The position numbers were made by a program, and so were the translations under genes. This document shows, piece after piece, positions 1-10,703 of a stretch of 64,000 bases of DNA. The notes beneath the pieces were generated by a model. It was not told the origin of the DNA. It saw only the letters and a list, made by a program, of their open reading frames with translations, and searched no databases. Each line of letters starts with the position of its first letter. The stretch's first letter is position 1. This DNA comes from Octopus vulgaris (Eukaryota), in NCBI GenBank assembly GCA_951406725.2, contig OX597820.1, positions 91,884,001-91,948,000 on the forward strand, written 5' to 3'.

Positions 1-2345
1 TATATTTCGGTCTGAATTCTGTAGGACAAAATCTAAAGCTCATAAAAGTGAAGAAACTATAATAAATTGAACACCTGTTGCATATATGAATATACAAATA
101 TGAAGAATTATTTCATATCTGATTTAAAGATTTCGTTATTTTACAGTAACTCATTCATGATATGAAACATATGAGTGACAATTTGGATGCGGTACTGTAT
201 ATAAATTGGGCATCTTTATAAATTTATTATACGTATTTGTTTGAGTGAATGACTACAAGAGATCTTTTTCTTGATCATGCAAACATGCGACCTCTCGGGA
301 ACTAAATTATCTAAGTAGGGAGTGACTGAATCATGTACGTGTATCCTAGAATTTGGAATTATTTTAGGTGTGAATATATGCATGCAAAATTGATAAATGT
401 CTGGTTCATATTTAAGTTGAAATAGCGTTCATAAAAGAAACTATTGAAAACGCATCACTTCATATGTAGCCTGTCTGTAGCAAAATTGTACGAATTTAAT
501 GCCATGTTTTCCTGCAAGAAGAAATCAGAATTGATAAAATATGATTTTACGTGCTTGAATAAACTGCACGAGTTAGTGATCAGCTAAGGGAGGCGTCATA
601 GTGACTACTAAGTGTCTCGTTGATACTTCAAATATGCTAAACTGTGGTAAATTTTATCAGATTCATTATGCTCTGTATCTGGCCGTTTATTTGATCATTG
701 ACCAATTTTTGAGCCTAAAGAATTGATATTTCTGACTACATTATACTAAGACACGTTAAAATAAATATTATAGACATCCGTGCGTAAATATTTACCGGAT
801 TAAGCTTTGTGGATCTGAGACATATTTACAATTTTGATATTCTAATGCATGCATTTTTAATATGAGATTGACAGAAAATAGATTAGAATTTAAGAAAATA
901 AAACGATGCGATACGATACTCTAATATAGGAAATATATTATTGGAATTGCTATTTTTTTCTGTAAAGATATCAAGCAAAATACACCCAGTTAATTCTTGA
1001 GAAAATATAAACTAAATAAATTTTTTTTTGTTGTATGTAATAACATATGCGTAAAAAAAGAATTAGTGATTAATAGAACTGACTATCTACATTAAATCTA
1101 CTTAAATATTCATCTGCATTGTATATTTGTATTAAGCAAAGCTACTTTACATATGTACAGGTGTTTGTATTTTAAAAAGAATTTGTAAAAAATAACCATG
1201 TCTAGAATTTCAAATTTAATATTCACGAATGATACACTACATTAAACATTTATAAAAAATATATATATTACAATTAAAGAAATATTCATAAGTATATACC
1301 TATGTGTATTTGTTTGTTTGCTTGCTTGTTTTTTGTTTGTTTGTTTTTTTTGCCTTTGTATACGTGTTTGCGTGTATTTAAACTGCTTAATAACAATCTG
1401 AATAACTCCAAAATGCACAGTATCATTGATTTAAGTATTGCTAAGTTTACGTTATGTTAACAGTGTTCTACAAGCATATACATAAACAGTGTTTAACATT
1501 GTTATTTTATCCAGTTTTGAATGATGCGGAAAGAGGCACTCCTGTTTCTTTCGGCGTTGTATTATGAACAAGATATCAGAATATGAGACTAACTAACTAT
1601 TAAATATGTAAATTTGATTTTTCTGAAACTGGTATTCATCCAATTGTATTTGATTTTTGTTGTAAAATTTAGTTAGGAATCCTAAGCTAGCTATGAATTT
1701 ATATTAAATTATATGTAATACATTTCGTAGAGACACAGGAGACTATCACGGTCTTTAAACGAAGATCTAAAAACTTCTAACAATCAAATTTTCATGCATT
1801 TTGCTGCAGGAATACAACTGTGACAGATAAAAAGAACATTCCATCATTCCTTAATTGAAGTAAATGTTACAATTAAGATAATGAAATGTATTACCCTAGA
1901 TCTTGGTTAAGAAGGGACTGGAAAGACTTAGCGGAACAACTCCATTTACTCCTGCTGAGATGTCACAAGATTCAAAATTTTGTCTCTTCCAGTACTGAGA
2001 TTGACTGACTATGACATAGAGAATGACAGGGATGGAGCAGATGAATATTCTAAATAAACAATCATGAAGAAAGGAATCAACTAACTTAACATTTTCAAGG
2101 ACCGCATAGAGGTCCTTCTTATCATTAAAATACATTTTGTGAAAAATTTTTACATATATATCGTATTTTATAACTATGCCTATTTAAAGTACTATAAAAT
2201 ATTAGTAACTCATTCGGTATGTGCATTAAATTGATTCAATTACATACATACACACACATGCATATGTTTTTGTATGCATGTGTCTATGTATGTATGTATG
2301 CACATATATAAATATACATGTATATAAAGGCGAGTTGTATTATAA

Positions 2346-2756
2346 GGGGTAGGCGTGGCCGTGTGATAGGAAGCTCGCTTTCCAATCATATGGTTCCAGG
2401 TTCAGTACCACTGCGTGGAACCTTGAGCAAGTGTCTCCTACAATAGCCTCGAGCCGACCAAAGCCTTGTAAGTGGATTCGGTAGACGGAAACTGAAAGTA
2501 GCCTGTTTTACATATATGTGTGTGTGTGTGTATGTGTGTGCGCGCGCGCGCGTTTGTATCTTTGCGTGTCTGTGTTTGTACCCCCCCACCATCACTTGAC
2601 AACCGATGTTGGTGCGTTTACGTCCCCGTAACATAGCAATTCGGCAAAATAGACCGATAGAATAAATACTAGACTTACAAAGAATAAATCCAGGGATCGA
2701 TTTGCTCGACTAAAGGCGGTGCTCCAGCATGGGTGCAGTCAAATGACTGAAACCAG
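2346..2756 (+). mobile_element. tRNA-derived SINE, family A (CORE-like) with internal microsatellite
   Basis: A/B-box-like head (tggccgtgtgatagg ... ggttcagtacc) and CORE-like accttgagcaagtg. Near-identical copies lie at 45613 and 51188. Confidence 0.85.
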
Positions 2757-2765
2757 CACAGATGT

Positions 2766-2813
<48 letters not shown>

Positions 2814-3012
2814 ATAATAATTCTCTAAAAGGGATATAGACAGTAACTGCTCGATAACATAAGGGACTAAAGCCATCTGAATATGGCTAGGGACAGGGCA
2901 GGGTGGTGGGGGTGTTACTGTTGCATTTAGCCCCAGGCGAACATCGACGTCACCAGAAAGGCTCGACACCGTCACGGTGCCCTTACCCTGCAAAGGGAGG
3001 TAATTCCCCGAT

Positions 3013-3086
3013 GAAGCGGAAACCACACACGGACCATGGTTTCAAGGTGTATTGCCTATCATCGGCGTGTGGTAGGCCTCCGCTTC
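3013..3086 (-). ncRNA. Type I hammerhead ribozyme (inverted copy)
   Basis: Exact reverse complement of 3287-3360. Predicted GUC cleavage between 3032 and 3031. Confidence 0.75.
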
Positions 3087-3286
3087 CTGCTCGATAACAT
3101 AAGGGACTAAAGCCATCTGTCCCTAGCCATATTCAGATGGCTTTAGTCCCTTATGTTATCGAGCAGTTACTGTCTATATCCCTTTTAGAGAATTATTATT
3201 ACTTTCGAACAGATTTTCGTAATCAGCAAATGTGTTTTGCTTGAAAATCTATATAAGAAAATCCTGCAGGGTAGGAATTCGTCGAG

Positions 3287-3360
3287 GAAGCGGAGGCCTA
3301 CCACACGCCGATGATAGGCAATACACCTTGAAACCATGGTCCGTGTGTGGTTTCCGCTTC
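3287..3360 (+). ncRNA. Type I hammerhead ribozyme, copy 1
   Basis: Helix I is cacacg/cgtgtg, a UAC/U internal loop, then 12 bp gaagcggaggcc/ggtttccgcttc. Core CCGAUGA at 3308-3314. Helix II agg/cct with loop caataca. GAAA at 3330-3333. Palindromic helix III ACCAUGGU. GUC cleavage after 3341. Confidence 0.8.
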
Positions 3361-3646
3361 ATCGGGGAATTACCTCCCTTTGCAGGGTAAGGGCACCGTG
3401 ACGGTGTCGAGCCTTTCTGGTGACGTCGATGTTCGCCTGGGGCTAAATGCAACAGTAACACCCCCACCACCCTGCCCTGTCCCTAGCCATATTCAGATGG
3501 CTTTAGTCCCTTATGTTATCGAGCAGTTACTGTCTATATCCCTTTTAGAGAATTATTATTACTTTCGAACAGATTTTCGTAATCAGCAAATGTGTTTTGC
3601 TTGAAAATCTATATAAGAAAATCCTGCAGGGTAGGAATTCGTCGAG

Positions 3647-3720
3647 GAAGCGGAGGCCTACCACACGCCGATGATAGGCAATACACCTTGAAACCATGGT
3701 CCGTGTGTGGTTTCCGCTTC
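3647..3720 (+). ncRNA. Type I hammerhead ribozyme, copy 2
   Basis: Identical to copy 1, 360 nt downstream. Predicted cleavage after 3701. Confidence 0.8.
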
Positions 3721-3875
3721 ATCGGGGAATTACCTCCCTTTGCAGGGTAAGGGCACCGTGACGGTGTCGAGCCTTTCTGGTGACGTCGATGTTCGCCTGG
3801 GGCTAAATGCAACAGTAACACCCCCACCACCCTGCCCTGTCCCTAGCCATATTCAGATGGCTTTAGTCCCTTATG

Positions 3876-3911
<36 letters not shown>

Positions 3912-6105
3912 GCAAGTTCTCTCTCACACACGAGACTATTCTTGATTACTGAAAATTAGAAGCGTACATCACAGAATCTGATGTCTACTTAATCATTAAG
4001 ATGCAGGGGTTGGAAGCGGAAATATCAATAATTATGCTTTTGATAATACGTTAAACATGGCCACTTGGTTTTTCGATTGATCTGAGGAACAGCTGCGTTT
4101 TCTGTGCCATTTTCTGAATATGAAGTGTCAAAATCTATTGAAGACATTCTAGTTGGAAACAATAGCTTTCCGCTATAGTCGGTTTACGAATGGTTTCACC
4201 AATTCAAATGTAGTCGCAAAAGTGTCATAAGTGTGCTGGCTACTCTTACTTTGTTAAAGATAACGTTAAAAGAGCCCATGACATGGTTTAGCTTAACAGA
4301 CGGAGACTAAAATATGCTCAAATTCATCATAATAAATCAAGTAAATAAATCAACAGCAACAGAATTGACATTATTAGTGTATGTGCAAGATGAATCCTGG
4401 AACAACTCACTCTACATTTTTTCCATGAAATCTTGGTTAACTAAGGTAATGAAATAGCATTTGCTTATTAAAGAATCTAATGATCAAACATATGAAGACC
4501 ACTACAAATCTAACAGGAAACAACAGCCTATACAATTGACACATTCGCAATCACCTGTCAGAAAAATGTTCATATTTGAAATATACGCAAGAAACGAGCG
4601 GTTGTCAGATGCGTGGAACAGGCAATGACCAACACTAAAGCTTTATATATAACATGGCTCTACAGTGAATAGCTATTGATACAGATGCTTTTTGCCATGC
4701 TAAAACATTTGTCTTGAAACAAATGGCAAGAGCTGCTGCTGAAGCCATTAGGTTTATATATGATAACAATTGTCATTGGTGAAATCTTCGAGAAATTGGA
4801 AGTTGATGTATAGAAATATTTGCTATATAATCATAAAGGTGATCCATAGGAATATAAAATATACGTTCTTCACAAAGATAGATGATTTTAAAAGCTGTTG
4901 TGCTGGCGTTGACTACATGGTGAAAAGTCTAAGCATATGCGACTGGAATGTTTTTCTTCTGAAGACACACACAAAAAAAAAACATTACGACATGAAACAG
5001 AAAGCCGACTGAAAGTTAAACAGACTGTTTGGGAAATTTTATTCCACTACAATTAAAGCATATCTTGAAATAAATTTGAAATATTTACAGAAAGAAAATG
5101 GACCCCTGAACAATAGTTTTGTCTCAACCAGCATATGATGCAGTCATGGCAACTATAATACCATCAACAACTTAAATTTTCAATTTCAAATTTGCACGGT
5201 AGTGACTAAACCAAAACAATGTTGTGGTATGCGGGCAATAAATTTACCTAACAATTAGAAATTTCTCAGTGTTAGTTTGTCAATGACTAGTGAATAAGAG
5301 ATTAAGTCATTTTCTAACCATATAACTTTGAATTTTATCTTTTGTACATAGGTAAATCTAGAATACAAGCTATTTAATTCTTCTAACTGTATGTCCTGCC
5401 AAATGTAAACAAGTATTTTTCTGTATGCATAGTATCATAAATATTAATATATCCGCTTTTAGATTTCTCTTTCTGTATATGTGTGCGTGTGCTTGTGTGA
5501 GTTTGTGTATGTGTGTGTGCACATATGTATGTATGCTGTAATGGTATGTGCTTGTAGCTGTAATGTTATGAGTAGCTGAATGTCCAATTTATGTGTGAAC
5601 GAATGCTTTTGTACCCAACTCCACTTCGACTCATGTCTATATGAGTGCATCAAATATGAAAATTCAAATTTTTTAATAATTTATGAATTTATACCACGAA
5701 ACTGAATGAATTTAAATATCGGTTTTATTCAAATTATTAGCAGGCTTCCGTTGGTAAGTAAATCAAATACATCATAATCATAGACACATTTCCTTAAAAT
5801 TTCTGAAATATAAAAAGAAAAGTTTAAAATGGAAATAAGCAAGAACAAATTCCTTCAAATCAAGCAAATATTGGCAAACGTATATTAAGTCATCTATCAA
5901 TTTATTAATATGTATGTGTGCATCTAAATAAAGATTGTTAGGCGACAAGATGCAAAATCTACAAGAAAATTCAATATTTCAGCATTCCAGTGAACGATAA
6001 TGCAAGAAACAATGATGAATTTTAAATGAAAACTTACAATTTCCAGGAGAAAACAAAGAATTTCACGTGAATTCTTCAGACAATTTTAAAAGAATGCACA
6101 CACGC

Positions 6106-6166
<61 letters not shown>

Positions 6167-7255
6167 AAGAGAGAGATTGATAGATAGATACTAATAAATG
6201 TACATCGATATATGTAATCAAAATACTTAATAATCTTAGGAGCTATATAAAACAATAGAATTATATAAATCCAAATAATTTTATTTGTTTTTTTTTCTTT
6301 TCATATTGAACAAACCCCACTCTTCACTATGCTCATCCCCAAAACTACATTTTCAATCTTTCCTGCATCCTATTCTTCTGTCGATCCTCTTCTTCGTAAC
6401 CCAGTTTGACATGATAATATGGTTTTAACAATTTTGCTTGAAATAAATGAAATGTTCGTCAAATAAGGCGACGGGAATATACTATTCTATATTATACTAT
6501 TTTATATTATACTATTCTATATTTCACATTTCACATTTATTGTTCAAAAAATTCTTACAAATATTTAAAGTCATGTTGTTATCCTGTTCATACGTTTATA
6601 CTTACTAGTTACACACAAATATTGAAACAATTTAGCTACGTAGGTTAGAATTTGAAACTGGCATTAATAATTATTTATACATTTGTTTATATCATAGTTC
6701 TCTATTTAGATGCATTTACCTGCTAATCCGTCATTTGCAAATTAAATCTCTAAGAGAAATAATTTCAAATGGATGATTTATAGATTCGATTTCATTATTT
6801 TTAAATTAAAGCGATTGGTCTTTCTTTTTCTAAGAACAAGAGCTTCTCACCTAAATGATATCTTTGGCTTTATATACGCTTTAATAAGAAATGCAAAATG
6901 AATATGGAACCGAAAATCGACAGGGTGATATTCTGAAAAACATGGCGTAATGAATAACTAAAAGTTGTTTTGATTTCTACTAAACTTTCATTAGTAGTTG
7001 CTAGCGAACTAATAGCCTGTAAATATCAACTCTAAAAATCTGTTAGAAAATACATGTAACTATATTTTGTAAAGAGTGTAAAGCCAATAGTGCTAGGCGT
7101 TTGAGTCGGATGAAGACTACTTTTGATAAACGTGTACTAAATATGCTGGTCACATGGAAATATTGTTATTTGTATACAGTGTATATGTGTTAGTATGCAT
7201 GTATGTATATATATATACGTGTATATATGTGTTTATGCTTAAAGATATGTGTGTG

Positions 7256-7314
<59 letters not shown>

Positions 7315-7356
7315 TAACTGAATGACGTAAGATGAAAGATACGGGTATTTTTATTA

Positions 7357-7468
7357 ATCCCAACAATTGTTTAGACAAATACACATCTGGCATCGCTTCC
7401 TCACGGGTGGTATACTTAACATCTGGTTCAGGAGTATCCGACGGTGCAGATGTGTCTCTTCGGGTGAT
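7357..7468 (-). ncRNA. Decayed type I hammerhead-like motif with long helix II
   Basis: Minus strand reads atcac CCGAAGA gac acatctg...cagatgtgtattt gtc tAAA caattg TT gggat. G12 is replaced by U. Helix III is the palindrome AACAAUUGUU. Lies near (TA)n at 7259-7311. Confidence 0.5.
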
Positions 7469-8683
7469 AAATATATATAACTCTTGAAAATAACAGTTCC
7501 GCATTGTATCTTCTCATTTCGTATAGAGAAAAGTATTTATATAGAAGATCAAAAATAAAATAACAGATGCAAAAAACAAACAAATAAATAAATAAATAAA
7601 AACGAACGTGCAATGCAGTGAAATAAATATTTAAAATAACCGTTAGAAAATATGGATGTATAAACACCGTCGGTCAAGCTGCCTGGCGCATGTACATTCA
7701 CTCATACAAGCATCCACGAAGATGTAAGCATACGCAAACATGTGGTTTACTGCACAAACGTTCACATAGCGAGTTGAATAGTTACTTGATGTTTATAAGA
7801 ATGGGGAGATTAAAGGTAAACTTAATTCATCTATACCTTAAAGTAAATTATATTAACAGTTACACAAATTTATTCCCACTGCATTGTGCGAAAGTACATT
7901 TATATGCATCTAGGCATCTTGAAAGCCTTTCAGAAATTCTATTAACTATCTTCTCATTGGTCCACAGAATAGACAGGAATTCCTCAGAGCAGAGTCGGCA
8001 TCTCCTTGAAATTATATATCGTATGGTTTTGCATATTTATATCCATACATAAATACATAACAACATAGTCTAAGAATCGACAACGTAGAACAAATAGGCA
8101 CTTGCTTGTTTTTTAATAGAATGGGTAGATCAATTATAAGTACATTACAGTATTATAGACCTATTTCAGCCGATTTTACCTCTCGATTTTTATGTGAGAG
8201 TTTGGGAAGACTAATATCGGTACACATAAGAACTACTGATGGTAAATTATGTGGGCTTTTTGCAACAAAACCAGCGCTCTTAACATTGGGTTGGGAGTAT
8301 TCTTGTCAGGAACACAGTCCAAACTTCGCATAGTGAGAATTTTCCTTTAAGTTTCAGTTTACTAAATTATATAGAATAAGTGTTTTTGCATTTCTCTTAG
8401 AATGAGAGTTATCTTACTAGAGTAGCCAATGTTATCAGGTACGTTAGGTGCTGCTGAAAGTGAGATATTTAGCGTAAATTTATAAAAGTTATGATATAAT
8501 GCTTTGTTGGGACGTTTTAGATGAACATAACCAAAATAACTTTTTTCTTTTTTAATTTCTTAGCATTATGAGTGTTATATTGTGTTACATTTCGTTTCCA
8601 AGTCTTCTCTCTTCTCCTTTTATCAGGTGTTTTCTTGGAATTTCTTCTTATTTTTCTAATATTAATACACTGAATGCAGTGTA

Positions 8684-8865
8684 TCGTTAACCACTACACA
8701 CATTTTTTCTCTCCTTGTTTCTCTTTTTTTTCTGTGTCCCTTTCTGTAGAAGAGCCGAGGCTCGAAACGTAAAAGACTTTTACTATTCCTGAGTGTTATA
8801 CTAATACATCTGTTTGTTTTGTACACCACCTGTCATCGTCTTTTATTTTTTTCGTTAACTCTCCC

Positions 8866-8870
<5 letters not shown>
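8684..8870 (+). mobile_element. Penelope terminal-repeat-like fragment with minimal HHR-like motif (8736-8777)
   Basis: T-rich leader, then cttt CTGTAGAA gagc-cgag-gctc GAAAC GTA aaag. Ends in (TA)n. Confidence 0.45.
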
Positions 8871-8906
<36 letters not shown>

Positions 8907-9249
8907 GAATATATAAAACTCGAAAGACTTGAAATGAATTATTTTTAACGGTGAAGCTCGAAGAAGATATAGCTATAAATAGTAGTGTAAATGTTGGGTT
9001 AAAAATAAATCTGGGGGGGAAATTCGAAGGATGCCCTTTGGGTAGATGTGTAGTCAGCAATTTGTCTTAGTTACATAAATGTTCGTTTACATATATACTT
9101 GTTTAAAATCTTATCAGATCGAATGATATTATTGTAGAATGTGCCATTACATTTTGGTGATTTGTTTCACAACAGCCAAAAAGTGAATACTCGTTTCACT
9201 TGTTTCATAGTTTATCCTAAACAGTACTTTTTTCACCGCATTCTTAGGT

Positions 9250-10100
9250 TTCTTAGAATGTACTGACCTAACTTTGAAATCGACCCTTTCGTCATTATGT
9301 AACCTCTGTAATTATTCGTAATTAATATAATGTACAAACAGAATAAGTTAAACAACGGCAATCGAATTGACATTTGCCCAGTGTGATCTTTAGTCTTTCT
9401 AATTATGGAAAGAGAGCGGGCGTCCACTGTTTGGTCCTTTCATTCATATCCAGGCGATATCAAGGCGAACGTGAATTTGGGAAAGAAGATAAGCAGGATG
9501 GCAAGTCTCACCCAGAAATGAGCCGACAGGAAAGTGTCTCTGAATTGTAAGTTGGACGTGGCAAATACCTTCATTGCATAAGTCATTGACTACTGTCAGG
9601 TCGTTGTGAATAGCTGCACTTCATAGTTGAACTGAATATGGAAACCTATTCCGCTTGTAAGACTGTCCATCTACATTGTAATGGACTGAGAATATCGTGG
9701 ATAACAGTGCACTGACATGCGTTTCCTTGGCAGTGAGCAAATGTGGTCACCGTTTGACATGCTTAATTTCTGCATCTTGTCTCTTAGACAGAGCTACAGT
9801 CTTAGATCAGGGCTCGGCATCGGTCACGCTCTCACAGCCTTCTGCAAGTTTGGTCAATGTGGTTGATGAACGTTCCGTCAGGATTGTGGATTACAGTGGG
9901 CAGTAATGATGACATCTCAGGAGGGAATCTTCAGTTTTGACGACAATTGGGGACTTTCGTGCCGCGGTCCAAGGATTACTTTTTAGAAATCTCTATTCTA
10001 ACAATACTACTTGCGTTGGAATTTCTGTTTCGGGATATTATCGCCAACCGAAGCTACTCGAGATGCGCACAGAGTGATGAACCATCTTGCACGCGCTCAT
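9250..10100 (-). mobile_element. Possible highly decayed Gypsy gag/protease region
   Basis: GC-elevated block with faint gag-like peptides on the minus strand (WFITL..., TLTKLAEGCE, LLPTVI). Many stop codons. Confidence 0.25.
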
Positions 10101-10638
10101 AATTGAAGGCTGATGAATTTATGTCAAACAACTATTATCATGTGCGAGAGGGATACGGATATCAACCGACTCCATTGTGAAAATCGCCTCACCGCCTTCC
10201 GTTGGAGGGGAAAGGTTTACAGTTTGCCTATGTACTGCGGCTATGGTATAAAAGATTGTTTCGTGAACGAAATTATAATCTGAAGACAGACACATTCCTT
10301 TTAAGTTAGACTCTCGTGTACTTAACAACTTCCACTTGGAAAGTAATGTGGAAAGGGAAGCACTTCCTTCCATTCCTGAATGGCATGAGTGAATGAGATT
10401 ACGCTCATTATGCGCCTGTAGGCTGGAAATGCAGAGAATTGAAACTTGTCGTAATCCTTCTGGTGACCAACATTATTCGTGTACTGTGTGGTACCTTGGT
10501 CACTTCTTGGTGAATTTTATAATTTTCTTCTTAATTGTTATTGCCTTCATTTTTTACACACGATTATGTAAATACCTACCGTCCTTTATCTCTGTATTGT
10601 CCTAAATATTTTTGCTGCCCTTGTGGTAAATGAAGATT

Positions 10639-10639
10639 G

Positions 10640-10703
<64 letters not shown>
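10639..10703. repeat. (TAG)n microsatellite
   Basis: Pure trinucleotide run. Confidence 0.95.

Larger units (their letters stand above)
2810..3879. mobile_element. Putative non-LTR retrozyme insertion: 360-bp HHR-bearing tandem repeat plus inverted partial copy
   Basis: Direct array 3117-3879 has an exact 360-bp period (3121-3480 = 3481-3840). 2810-3088 and 3087-3119 are reverse-complement pieces of the same unit. (TA)n flanks both ends. Confidence 0.85.

Noticed and set aside
3117-3879. CRISPR array or tRNA/5S/snRNA gene cluster
   Set aside because: There is no repeat-spacer pattern, cloverleaf, A/B boxes or recognisable snRNA sequence.
2739-3952. Repeated 64-95 aa ORFs in the 360-bp array
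   Set aside because: They occur on both strands, have no recognisable motifs and run into microsatellites. They are by-products of a GC-rich structured repeat.
3950-5250. Possible decayed DNA-transposon coding region
   Set aside because: The composition looks coding-like, but I could not identify any motif or terminus.
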